Assembly (NCBI GenBank): GCA_002633005.1
Contig: NMRA01000900.1
Coordinates: forward strand, 41,785 to 105,784
Direction: 5' to 3'
DNA length: 64,000 nt
From: Phoronis australis
Lineage: Eukaryota; Animalia; Phoronida
Part shown: positions 1 through 13,600 of the stretch, in pieces
Position numbering within the stretch: the stretch's first letter is position 1
How the letters are laid out: every line of letters begins with the position of its first letter
Program-made: the position numbers and the translations under genes
Notes under the pieces: model-generated
Seen by the model: only the letters and a program-made list of their open reading frames with translations
The model's database searches: none
What the model was told of the DNA's origin: nothing

Positions 1-1129
1 CCCACGCAAATTCCTTAAAGGTTCCTTCACTTTACATCTTAACATCACGTGATTCTTTTTATTGTCATAGCGCAGTACTGTTCACGTGTTCTTATTGAAA
101 CTATGAAAGTTCAAAATTGTCTGCAACGCGCATTTTATTATTTTGCTTTCAAAATTCCTGGTTTCCTTAGATATCGCGGGATTACTTGAATGAGCCTTAT
201 CTGGGACAATCCTACCAATGTTAATTATTCAAGATGAACTGTTTGAAATATATATAGTTTTAATTCTCTGTTCTAGGTTGGTCAAAAGAAAGAGAAGGAT
301 AATTCTCTGTGGAAAATCATCACAGAATTGCTTCCGGTAGTACATTAAAATATAATTTCAAAAATCCTTGACAAAAATAGCGAGAAATCTCCGAACAATG
401 TTGGTTATCCAAGTAAGCTCTGTTAAAGTATCGTTTTCATGTACATGTAGGCAATCGAATGTGTAAAAATTTATTTACCTTAAAAACACGCTTGGTGTTC
501 ATAGAAGCGATCAAAACAAATACCCGAAGAAGTACCGAAAAGTGAAGTCTCCATTCCTTTAGGTCATTCTGCATATCAGTAACAATCGCGTATGGGTATT
601 TTCTCACTGATCACGTTTTCAGATGTGCGGTGCTTCAGCATCCGAAGACTCACTGCTTCATTACATTGTACATTGGTCTATATAGAGCCACTTCCTGCGA
701 TCAATGAATTCCACACTCAATGGGAATGTCCTTGTGCACTGCGGAATAATGAAGTTGACGGTGCTGAAAGCTAATAAACGTTCCAAAGAACGGCTCTTCG
801 GCAGTACATGTATACGGCACTAATGCCCTCACTAGGATATGATCTTTGAATCAAACCAATGGAACAAGGTCAATGTTTACTTTAAAAGGTGTTCTTCAGA
901 ATCTATCTACCTTACATGGAATGGGATCTGTTGTAAATCTAAGCTCACATCTACTTACTTCTGTCATTTCCGTGACAGAATGGACAAGCGTCGCGTCCAA
1001 TTTTCACCCATTCTTACAACTTTAGATGGCGCGAGACCTACCGGCAACAAGGCGAAACGTTCTTGGAACATTTCGTATGACAAAGCAGTCCTGGCGAAAA
1101 TGACCAGTAGAATCACCTAATCGTGCAGT

Positions 1130-2830
1130 TGGAAGAACTATGCACGACACCAGAAATCAGTCTTGTATTTATCACGTCTGCGACGCCGATAATTTGAGCA
1201 AGGAAGGTGCTCTAGGCCCTAACAAAGAAAACATTTCTGCCCTCAAGTCACTAGCTGATTCTGCAACTGCACAGTTGTTTACATCTTACTGTACAAGCTG
1301 AGCTACTGGAGTTGCTCATCAAGTCTTTAAACATGCTTGACTAGAGCCGGACCCGGTAAACATCATCCCTCCCTCATTGGATAATGCATATTTTTTTATT
1401 AAAAATGTCGTTGACAAAATCCCAGGCAATAGAATTGCTCAGCAGACTGCACATTTCTTCTTCCCTTGGCTACCTTTCGGAATGGGGGAATACCCTCCTG
1501 GCACAAGAGCCTGGGCCAGTGCTGCTTCTAGGTTTGAAGAACTGTGAAGTGGATTCGAAGACAAGGAACATACACTGTTTATTGGCCGGAACTTGGAAGA
1601 CACCTAAAAATCTGTTGGATGCAGTGTTGCACCTTAGAATCTCTGCTCTTTGTTCCCACTGTGTCGTGGCTCTTGGTGTTCACAATCGGTTTCTATTACA
1701 TCTGGTCTTCCGCAGGGGTCACCACTGTCACCCGTCTACAAACTCCAACTCGCAAGCCTGAACGAAGCTGAATGTCGGCTAAGTACTTCGACGGAGGAAA
1801 TATGGGTTACTGTTCCAAGGTAAAGTCTTCAGATTGCCATTGACAAGACACAGTTTGCCCTTGAGGAATCCAAGACTACTGCATTCCCGAATACGAACGA
1901 CAACGTTGAAAAGAATTGAACTTTTTATGCACATTTGAAAGTCGGCGTTCAGAATGATGTGTCATCTATGTATGATGGCATGAACATCATTATATCCGAT
2001 CTCCTTTGCCATTTGGGGATCGTATACTCAAATTCCCAGCTCAGGTGAACAACGTGTTAACACGAGCCAATTTTTTCTTAAACGCTCTGACAGCTGCTGG
2101 TGTACATATGGCATTAGAGCTGCAATTTGCATGTCTCACAAAACCTTGGTCCAGTTAATGTAAAAATATGCACTACCTGAAGCAAGTCAATGGGTCTTAC
2201 ATACTATATTACATAGCACTGCGCGTCACCATAGGTTAAACCAAGACGTCTTCCACTGCGGGTCTGCAATATCTCAAGGTCAATCTTTGTGTGTTGGACC
2301 GAGAGGTTCATCAACCCGCAGTCACAGTAACACAGGGTATCCAAAACCACAATAACCCGCTGCACAATCAGCCGTCATAGTCTTTTGAGAGATCCATGGG
2401 CCCATTTGAACACCCACGACCGTGAAACTTCTTACCAGCTACACGCATGGCGCGCTATCAGAGGTTACAGAAGGGTTCTTGTATCTCGTCGCCTAAATGC
2501 AACGCCCGTCGATGTGCTTGGGGATCACTCAATTGCTACAGCTGCAGGCTGGCTGTCTAATAATGGGGTCGGGGCTACGGCATCCGCCAAGGAAATGCCA
2601 CTGTTGTGGAAAGATCTGGATGCCAGAGCGTATACATCAACAGCACTCGCGTGGACTTTCAGGCCGTATGAGGTAAGGCTATCTCCGCTGGATGTGAATC
2701 CGGGCATTCTCGTCTTAGCAACAGTTACTATGACGGTCCTGTCAAAATATCTTCTGGCCAAGCATCCAACGTGGGCGATGGCGTGGAGCTACATGTGTGT
2801 GCTTGGTCATGGCACATGGGACATCTAACA
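1130..2830 (+). mobile_element. Decayed non-LTR retrotransposon (LINE) reverse transcriptase plus RNase H, Ingi/I-group-like
   Basis: Frameshifted RT motifs in order: PGKHH (~1352), KNVVDKI, GFEDKEHTLFIGRNLEDT (1551-1604, like DLEDAYN), SGLPQGSPLSP (1701-1733), HLGIVY (~2010). ORF 2385-2828 has RNase H-like pieces (DHSI..AAGW, ILVLATVTMTVLSK, CVLGHG). Boundaries approximate. Confidence 0.75.
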
Positions 2831-4490
2831 ATCTGCATGTTTGCGACATACATATTTTGATTTGATACTGTTACACTGTCAACGTCAAACAGAGGTAGTC
2901 TACCTATGGCGACGAGGCCCGCATCCTGAACACTGGAATTGTATATGAGACGTTCGCCTCAAGCAGGTCCAGGGGCACAGAAAGGTGACTGAAAAACCAA
3001 CAATTAACGGGCAACATCAGTATTGGAAGGTTACGCCTCCTGGTGTCAAAATAGAAATGTTATCCGGCGATTAGTGTCCCTGCACATCGTGTTTGACGCT
3101 GTCTCCGACAGGCAAATTGCATATAAATTCTGCGCACATGTGTCACCTCGTGATACTTGAGACGGAGGTGACGCTCGCATAGATAACTATACATAAAGTC
3201 GTGAGAAAGAATTTTTCTGCAAAACCGATCACTTAGTAATGACTCATGCACATATAACATACCTAACCGCCTGATTTAATCTTAGGTTCATGTAGAAGCT
3301 AAAAAAAATCACGATTTGTTGACCAGACGGGGAAGATTGTGGCCACCGATCCTATGATATGCACCTAGTTTTACACTTGATTGAAAAAACGCCGCTCAAA
3401 CGATGGCGGAATTTCCGACAAATATCAGGGCGGTTTCATTAGTTCTTCACATCACATAACTGGTTTTATTGTTTACGACTGTTTCAAACTGTGTCGGTTA
3501 TACCTCCGAGGACGTCGGCATCTCCACATGCGAGGCTACTCTCTTTTGTCGAGCTCATTTCCAATCTGTCGATGTTGGAAATGTGGGAGGTTGCATTTGA
3601 GGATCGAGTTTTTGTTTTGCTAAGAGTCGATCTGTGTAAATTCCTGTTTCTGTTGAGATCTTGTGATATCATATTGTGGACAGTTAACTTACTGTAAAGG
3701 ACTTGCCCCAGCTAGCCTATTGCGTCCAAAGTTACAGCGGTCATATGCCTCAGGGATTGGTGCGATTCTAAAGAAATTTGTGTGTAAATCAGCTGTAGGC
3801 TAGATAATGTATCTGACCGCAGTAGCGTATTAGTATTGTAAGTTCGCGCCGTGTATACCAGTCTAAAGACACGGTGTTAATAATAATGTTATATCTTCCC
3901 ATATTTGACTGGTAAAGATAAGAAAAACCAAATAAGAATATTCACCGGTCTTGTCGCAGCATGTACAAGGTGAATGAAGGTACTGGCAACATAAGTATGA
4001 CAGACAAATACTGTAGCCACTTTACGTTTGCGCTTGAGTTCTAAAACGAATACTTTATATTGGTGAACAAATCCGGAAATAAAAACTACCGCAGCAGAGA
4101 TTGCGCGTCTCTTTCGTTCTTTTCTAAAAACTTGAAATAACAGTAAGTTCCCTTTGCCCAAATGTCGGTTTGCCTAACCTCGAACTTAAGGTTTTGTCAA
4201 CACCGTTTGGCAAAAGTGACCGAGATGTAACCGTGAGTTAACGGTTTTAGTTTTTTGAATGTCATTCAATTACAAAAATATCTTTAGGCAAGCTGGAAAC
4301 AGAATCCAGATATTATGTAGAGATCAAGTACCGAGCCCAGTTGTTGGCAGCTGAATATTTTTTATTTGCCTTGAGGATAGCTGGAGGTACGATCTTATCA
4401 ACTCTAAGACGTCGAATCATTCGCTGGCTATACTCCGACTACAAAGTACCTGACCCTGAGATTAATTGACTAGTTTGTCCACGACTGAGC

Positions 4491-4498
4491 TATAAAAA
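4491..4498 (+). promoter_or_regulatory. Candidate TATA box of the astacin gene
   Basis: TATAAAAA 47 nt upstream of the signal-peptide ATG. An upstream non-coding exon is an alternative (acceptor-like ctctctgtag ending 4535). Confidence 0.35.
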
Positions 4499-4537
4499 TC
4501 GAGTTTGAAAGGTGTAGGCATATTGCTCTCTGTAGTC

Positions 4538-4684
4538 ATGCCGTTCACAAGAAATGGAGCACACTGTGCACTCATAATAGCGCTCTTTTTGTTAGCGGCA
4601 TTTTTTTGGACGCGCTGTAGTGGAGAGGAACCACCCATGTCGTACACGGATAACGGCGGAACGATGGGTGATATGATCGTCCAG
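4538..4684 (+). CDS. Exon 1: signal peptide and start of propeptide
   Basis: [33 protein letters not shown]...GDMIVQ; hydrophobic core; donor gtagag, phase 0. Confidence 0.75.
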
Positions 4685-7600
4685 GTAGAGCTAACGGCTT
4701 TTCGTTATCTATTTTTAAGTTTTCAGTCTATGGCTTATATTTACCCAATTCGTTTCTGTGGGCTAAAAACAAAACCTATTAAAAACCTTGGTTTCATCGA
4801 TGTGTATGGACAATTCAACTTTAAGCAAGACACGCTGCTCCTTGCACAAACATGAGACTGGCGAGTGACGCTAGTACAATCACGTGGTGCCTTTGGTAAG
4901 CTTTGTGTTAGATCACTTTGTCGCTAGACTTCCTCTTCAGAATGCAGTCGAGGTCAAAGTGCAAATATTAATCCCATGAATTAAGGATCCTTCAATCAAA
5001 CTACCAGCGTATAAGTTATGGTTTAGGTGTATTTTGTCTTCATGCGAACATTTACTTGTTTTTGCAATATCTGCACATTGCAATTCTACATAACTTTATT
5101 TGTTTGTATTTTAGCTGGAAAACGAAATGCAGTTGGAATTTGAACGAGGAAGAACGAAAACAAGGGGCTCGGAAACAATAGTAAGCTTCCTTCATACACT
5201 TATTGACCTACCTGTGGGGAAGAGGGTTTTTCAATGGTTATCGAGTTTTTTCCTAAAAATATTTGTAATTACGAACAGCATACCATAATATACCGCGTAG
5301 AAATGGTACAATTATCGGGGACGGTTTTGGACTCTTATGAGAACTGACTTACCCCGTATGACCAAAAAAGTTTTCTAAGTTGAAATTCTTAAAAGCCCCT
5401 TTCGCGAACACAATGCTTGTTTTTGATCTTGGGTCTAACTTAGACAAACGTTAGTTCAGGTTTTGACGTATGAGAGCATACAACCTACTGTGAATTTACA
5501 AAACGAAGCGAAGCGTTGTTTGAAATACGGATTCAACAATGAACCAGACCCTTGAACTCTTCGTGAGGATTATTTTGCAAAATTTTGTAAATTGGGATCT
5601 TGCCTGCTTGGAAAGGGAATTGTGACCACAAATATTATTTCTCGTGTGTCGTTAAGTCGCAATGCCTTGCCTCTACAGCCTTTGCCATTTCTGAAAATGA
5701 ACGAAAATTATCTTGGATTTGACGTTGTTTACGGATATTGGATTGTGAAAACTAATAACGAAATTTGTTCCTCAACATTTTACACTGGTAATAGTCATAT
5801 ATTGTGGTCATAAAAACCAAAATCCTAATCATAAATCTACTCCGCAGCAAGGTTTTTATCGATCTCGGCTTAGACTAATTTTGGTCTTAGTTTCGGTCTG
5901 AAGAATTTTTTGTGAAATTTTACAAATACGTTTTGGTCATTAGTGAGCCTAATATGGGTGTTAGTTAAAACACAACGGTTTAATTAATGGGGTCCCTGCT
6001 CAACAATTGTCGAGAGAAAGGTCTTCATGGATCATTTAGTTGAATTTGAGGAGTTTTGAAAAGCTTGTTATTAATTTGTTGAGTGTAATTTTGAGCAGAT
6101 TTGAAAAAGCAGTACACCAAAAATCGCTAGAGACGATATTCCTTGAACTTCACTAAAGTCATACATTACTTAGCATAAAAAGGAGATTACAAATCCAGCT
6201 ATACGTTCAACGAAAGATTATGTTCGTATTTAATAAAAATGGACCTGCAAGTGCATACCTGTAGTCAAACACCTTCGTTCATAGATGGATGACCTTGTCA
6301 ATAAATGCCAAAGAAATTGGAGATCCGCCCAGAAACTTGACATTGGACAATAAATGCGAGATTTACGTCACTTTGCGATTGTATGTGATTGTATTTCTAT
6401 TCTCACTATGTACATGTAGGCCGCTATTCAGTGACCAAGTGATCAAGATAGGGAATCTTGAGATAACACTAACGTACACTGTAGCTGAGTTACCCTTACC
6501 TTCATCAATGAATATCGACTCCTTTCATTCCCGAAGTGCGTTCAGTAACGCTAAGACCTACGCTAGGACCTAGCTAAAATCTAGCCAGAGCCACGTGTTC
6601 TCATTTGAAATACACGGCAATATCTCACGTAATCCCACTAAGTCTTGCTTTTTAGCGACGTCCTAGCGTTACTGAACGGTAGGCTGCTTTAGTCTAAACT
6701 TGATTGTTTTGACAGTGGGAGTTATGTAATTCCTTTAATATTGCTCAATATTGACCAAACTGGGGACATCACACAGTACATGTATCTCGGAAGTGGTTCA
6801 ACGAATCGACACGAAACACCCAAATATTATGCCCATTATACGGCTCTCCCAATTATTTCTAGATTTTTTTTAATATGTTCCAATTTTATTGAGGAATTAT
6901 CAAAACGTGTGAATTTTGTAATTTCTATGTAAAAAACAACGTTATACAAAACGAAAGTGAACAGATAATAAGTAAACTGTGACACGTTTTTACGACTTTG
7001 TCTGGAATAATAATACTATGCAAAATTTTGCCATACAATTAAGATCCTGTTGTTTTGCTATGTATGGACATCTTTTGCTAACTTTGCCAGATTGCGTGAT
7101 CGTGTTAATGGCACAGTTGTAGAACGTAAACAATCAAATTTTACAATGTTTCTATTTTTACAACATCTATGCTTTTTATGAGGATCGGAAAGGGCAACAA
7201 TTGGGAAAAATCAACTCTAATTTTATGTAGAACTTTTAGTAATAAACTCTCTCCTAAATAGTATTCATTTAGATCCCTGTTGGATTATGCTTAGCGTATT
7301 CATCACTATTTAAAACGAAAATCAAACCTGTTTGTTAATTTATATTATTTAGAAAATTCAATTCAAGTCAATAAAAACATTTTTATAGGATTCATTGCTT
7401 TGTAACATCAGGTGATGTTTTAAAGGTACTGGCTACATGTAGTAATTCAGTTAACGTCATCAAGCGGCTTGTAAAATCGATTGTGTTTAAACCAACTTAT
7501 CCTGTTTCCGAGATACTTTTTTGTTAATCCTGTCAGTGGCGCACAGAATTAGATGATCACGGGTCTGAAAATGCAAAACTCTCCCTGGAACTCGTTGTTA

Positions 7601-10600
7601 AGGAACAGATTCCCGTGAACGGCTTTTATTAAAATATATAACGGCTTGAGCATTCGTCTTGAAAGCTTTTGAATCTGCCTTATTTGAACGGAGTGGCATT
7701 ATCACTGGTTTTGGGTTCTTGCCTTTCATAGCAGGGTTACTTTTAGGAATAGCCGACATGATTGTCCAAAGAGATTCGATAAAACACTTTACACTTTTTC
7801 ACAGTGCTACAGAAAGACAGCATCGTGGAATGTTGTTTAAAATAGCTTATCATTGATTAAAGTAATCAAACCGAATTCATAACATTCAGTCATTCCCATT
7901 GGTTGAAATCTCGGGAACCCCTTTCAGATTTCTGTTACGTAGTATATGTATGGCGATCTTCTTTGATTTGAATAGCTGTAATTTATTAAAGCTAGTAGAA
8001 ATATAGGTAAACGAAAGCAGGGAAATCGAGATCCACTGGATTAAGGTCAAACAAATTCAGCGCCTAGAAGTGTGTGTAAGAGGCGGCAATGTGATCGGTA
8101 AACTTCCGACTTAGCATAAGCATGCGGAAATTCGTGTGTCGTTCATCATTTTTCCAAAATGCCACATTTCAGTATAGGTGGCGCTGTGTCAGAGGGTATG
8201 AAGACGATCGATTTTCGTAACAGAGTCATTTTTGTTAATCGCCGCCAGGATTGACAAAACAGGGTCGATTTTATAAAACACGTTCCTTTCTCCGAAACAT
8301 GTTCGCCTCTAAACAGGGTTGTTTTACATAGAATGGAATTTACAAAATTGGCATAGTTTTAAACAGAGTAAAAATTACAAAATAGCTTTTAATTGTCCTT
8401 TAAACATGATTGACTTTCATAAATAGTGTTGAATTTAGAAAATAGTTTGGTTCTAATTTTTACAATTGATGTTTTTTCCTTCCCTCATACATTTGGTGAT
8501 TTAAATTCTGATTCGTTGTGGACAGTTTAGAAAAGTGCAGTGTTGTTAGAAAGTTTTAACTAATTGTAACTATAAACATAAGATAAAAATAGTGCTGTAG
8601 TGGTAAAATTAGAGGCAAGTAGGCGCCCAAAGCTCACCGTATCACCTTGAGTAAAGAACGTAACTTCTGGTGTGTAGGCGTTACGTTCAAATATTAAACG
8701 GTGGTGGCTGCGCCTACGTGCGCCTACGTGCGCCTACGCCCCACTACCGCACTGGATATTGTTTATAATTGCATGCAGATGGTGCGAGAAAAACATGGAC
8801 AATCATCGCCGTAAGGTAGTCGAATAACTCCGAACCTATCGGATTTTTACATAAGGCCTATAAACTAAAAATATTAATTTAAATTTGCCTTATATAAGGG
8901 ATTGAATATCACTTAATGACTTGCCTAACTAGAATTATTCTGCCTGGAAGACGTATAAGAAGTAATGAAAGATGCATTTCAAGTACACTCCTTATTTTGA
9001 GCACAACAGTTGTGCAGCTGGAAGTTTTTGACTCTGTCTAATTATTTATCGCTGTTTTGGGAATATTTCGCAACGTTACCCACGCATTTCATCGTATTGG
9101 AAACTGGATTTCAACGAGCGTGATCATCACGGACCTCTACTTCATTGCAATCCTAAAACACCTAAGTCGTTGAACAGAAATTCAATGAAAACAGTCAGTT
9201 CAATGTCAACTGTTCGATCAGTGTGACACCACTTTGACTGCAATTATTTTAATCATGAGGTTTCCGGCAAACTAGATGTTTTAGCCGGGAATACACGTCT
9301 GTTCCTAGGAGACTCAAAATGCACGATGAAGTAACAATGCAGGAGGGTCTTTTTATTAATATAAAATGATTAGATTGCGGACAGAAATCCATCTTAGTGG
9401 TTGTTGTAATGGTTATACTTTCTGACCACGTGAAGGAATGAATAGCTGGTTATTACTGAACACTTGTAGTATTTTGAGTAATTAGCTGAATACCTCCTTA
9501 TTTGGTGCTTCTATATTCGCTGTAACGAAATATGCCATGGCCTGGTGTACGAGTCTTTGTTTTAGTTTAACTGCACATGGTTTCTATTACACGCTTGCTA
9601 AATCCATATGTTTCTTCTTCGACTTGATATGATATGTGTACATAATTACGTGTACTTCTATATATAATCTGACCACACCTTCTTCAGTACGTCACTAACA
9701 AGACTGCTACTGCCACTCCTTAGAGTTCACCGAACCATTCGTTAATGAATTCTTTACGCCCTGGATGTACAAACACGTTGTACACGTATCTGGCGGTGAC
9801 AGACGTCTATTTGAGAAGCCGGTTATTAAACTTTTGGGATGTACGCACATAGAATTCAGATATTTGGCATTGGCAGCTGATTAAACTTTGCTAAGGACAC
9901 GGGATATCATTAATGAACTGAACAGTGACGTGGTGCAGATCACCACGGACCGAAAAAACAAGTCTCTGCAGCTGGAGATATCAGGGCATCTGAGCATGAC
10001 ACGAAATCACCTTCTATCAGAAGAAGAAATCATTCGCTGTCGTGTAATAAAACAAAATGCAAACATTTTCCTCCGGCATATCGAAGGTGGGAGATTGTTG
10101 CCATCGGCTGCGGGGAATATTGCTCTCCCTCGGTCAATATATCACCTGGTATTGCCCTAGAGATATGTGCATATTGTTGCGATACATTCTTATTTGTCTT
10201 TAAGCTCTGTAAGACAAAGGCAATTCATTCCAAGGGTAACGGTGGATTGTAAACACTAAGCTTACCCTCATAATTAAAGGCGGTTTTATTCTGGGATTTT
10301 TTTCAACTTAAGTCAGCTCCTTGCTGATGTCAACCGAAACAAGAACTCTACTGAAATCTAACTTCTGTATTTGTTAAACCTATTTTTAGAAAAGCGACGC
10401 TGGTTTTATTTTTATTTAAACAAACCTTGAACTTTCCCTGATAAACAGTGATTGTGTTTCGGAACAGATCATTGAATCCAAGTCACTAAGATTGAGCCGT
10501 TATTCGAACATAAATCTGTGAATGCATTGATTTCTCATATGAAAAATCACTTAGATATCTGTCACAGTTTTTATGCACGCGTCCACCATTGTAGCGGGGA

Positions 10601-13600
10601 GATAGAAATACGTTGCTGGTGTTATTACCTTGCAAGTAGTGTCAGGAACAGCATATTCTTACTATCACGAAGGCCTGTAATTCGTAGGTCAATTTTTGTC
10701 TCAGAGTTGACTCTTATCTACGCATGAGCGACAAATCATGGAACTTATAGTCTGTTTGGATGTTTCACTGAAATTAGCTCGTGCGCAGGAATCTGAAAGT
10801 TATGGATACATACGGGTTTTCTGACGACTATCATATGTGACCAACTATTCTTTGCTCAGAAAGAAGGTCAATATAGAAATTCAGGTAGCAAACACGTTGC
10901 ACCTAAAATGGCCCTCTTCAATCTGATTTGAGTATATTGGGACTTAAAAACTATAATTTATCAAATATCTACTATATAAGTTTTTAAAAGTTTTATATTA
11001 GAATAAAGTGCTGGAATTTGACGCAGTGCAAGAAAACCAAGAAACTTGGTTGAGATGATGATTTTGTGTTTTGTACATGTCATGAGCATTCGTAAATTAT
11101 GTCAAGTTTCAGCGAAATTAGAAGGTTCGATTGATCACCCATGCTCACCCTGAGGTATTTTTTAAGTACTTTTACAAACATGACACCTAGCGGCCTTGTT
11201 TAGAGTTGTTAAATGATGATTAAAACTAAATCAAGGACAAGGACTGATAAGACAAAAGTATCCTGACCTCTGTCAATACATTTTCGTGGGTGCGAAGATA
11301 AAGTGTATGGAATTGCAGCTGCTGCCTAGTATCAACAAATATGTTTTCAACCACCAAAGTTCAGTTTAGTGTCGCATCAAAATTTTATAAAATAGGTAGA
11401 GAAAATGCATAAGAATTGCAAAAATTCTCCAAGTTTTATTTAGTTGTTTCAAAAACCCAGTCCTTCTAAATTGTTGGAACTAATCCTTTGTGGCACATGT
11501 GAAAAACAGTGAGAGCTCACGTGACTCAGAAAGTTTTATTTTGGAAGTCGGCTTTGGACGGGATAATCCATTCATAAATGTAATACATTTAACTCTTAGC
11601 TTGAATTAAATGAGTGTCTACGTAGGGAAATTTTGTTATAGAATCTTGGGATGAAGTTGAGTTGACACGAGGTGCAACGAACTTAGAGAAACATATTGCT
11701 CACTCTAGTAGGGCATTTTTTCATGATGTGTTGGTATTTAGAGCTCCAACAAAAGTTAAGGCCTTGCTTACTTCCCCCCGTTAATTGAGTTTTCGTTGTA
11801 GTTTAGACCTATTGACAGAAACAAACCCCTTGTGTTCGCATAGACACGCGAAGAGGTGCCTTTTGATGATTTTGACCTTTAATTGCTTCTTAAACTGATA
11901 CATGTGTCTACTACCATTCAAGACAAATAGGCTGAGCGCTCAAGCTAATTCTGGCTATCTTTACTTGAAGGCAAGTTTTCCTATTGCCTGATGTACTGTT
12001 TATTTATAGCGTAACGACAATGTTCAAAGTGCCATACGGAAAGCGGAGGTGAACGCAGGAAATACAAAGAACGATATGGTGGAAGAGGGTGGAGCCTTGC
12101 CTGCAGAACCCGATGAAGATTTCGACAAGTCGCCCAAGGACAATAATGGAAAGAAGATCGGGCAAGGATCAGGCCTTGGCCCGGTGTTAAATAAAAGGAG
12201 TGTGGCGACTGATCTCAAAACGCAGCGAGGCGGCGATCGAAAGCTTGGTGAAGGAACATCATTGATAGCTCAAGTAAGCTGACCCCGTTCTACCACTAAT
12301 GTATTGGAAATTAAGTAGTTCATCGATTTTCATGAAAATTTAGAGGTCGTTCGGTTGGAGACAATCTGCTTGTAATTTGAATTAAACTCTTCTACAAAGC
12401 CTCTTCTATTTTTTCTCTCTTTAATCAGATTCTATTTCAGTTTCTAATCTTGAAGCACTAACGTTCCGATGACCAAATGTTATGCAAGAAAAAGAAGATT
12501 GCACTAAATCACTTTGTCTCAAGAGTGTGCACGGGGAACAGCGCAATAAAATATATTGCTGGCCACTGAAGTGATATGTCGCTGAGATTTCAATGTAGAA
12601 TAATGGGACATGTTTTGCTGTTTCCTTCTATATGCTAAGATTTTGTCTGCGAAAGCACGCTTGCTGTGTTCGGTTTATGGAACGCAGCCCTGTTCACCCC
12701 TACGGAATTTTGACATGCCCTTTGTTTCAATGTACTGTAACATTGTATATAGTTCTAAGTGTCTGTTGGCTGCTTAATTTCCAAGTCCAATTCGATTGCC
12801 TTAACTACTTCAGTGATTGTAGGGTGAAACGAAAATGAGGGATACTGTTCAAGAAAGCTGATGTTCTGTTTGGACGAAAAATCTACGCTGGGTTTTTCTA
12901 AAACGGCGGTGTTCCAGTCGAGCAGGGCTTATGTGTCCGGTTACATGAAACAGTCCCAAATAGGGACTCAACTAAGTTGCCTAAATCTAGTGCGTATTTT
13001 TTGACTTGTGAAAACAATGATTGCCCTTTTTTGACTTGTTTTAGTCTCATTACTAAATCAATGTTTTACTTTGAGTCGAGAGGGAGTTCTACATTGAATT
13101 GCCAATTTTATCGAAAATATTTAGGGATCTTTTCATGCAACACCCCCAATTTAAGGACTGATTCCATATTTATTTTCATTAAATTCTTGGCTCAGTTTTT
13201 AGTTAAATTATTAGAAAATGTCATTGATTAAAGAAGAGCTCATAATGAGGATGAAATGAATGAAAATCATTGCATGTGCTGTGAGTCCAAAACGACACAT
13301 ATACGCAAAAAGTCTAAGGGATCTTAGTTGAGTCCTTATTTGAGACGGTTTCATGCACCCGGCCAACGGTGTTCCAAATCCCGTGTTATGCAAATAGGGA
13401 AATAGTTACATGCATGGATGTGTCACTCCGTTCGTAGCTTGTTAATGTATGTATGCATTTTAATCTTTTACAGCTTCTCGGCAGGAAGAAAAGACGACTA
13501 GCTGCTAACTTATGGACGCGGGCAATGGGTGGGGCCGAACCTATAAAGTACTCGTTTGACTTGTCAGCAACGTGGAGTAAGATTTTTACTTTATTGAGAA

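Noticed and set aside
3380-3700. Coding-like fragment possibly from a DNA transposon
   Set aside because: No diagnostic motif; frames short and broken
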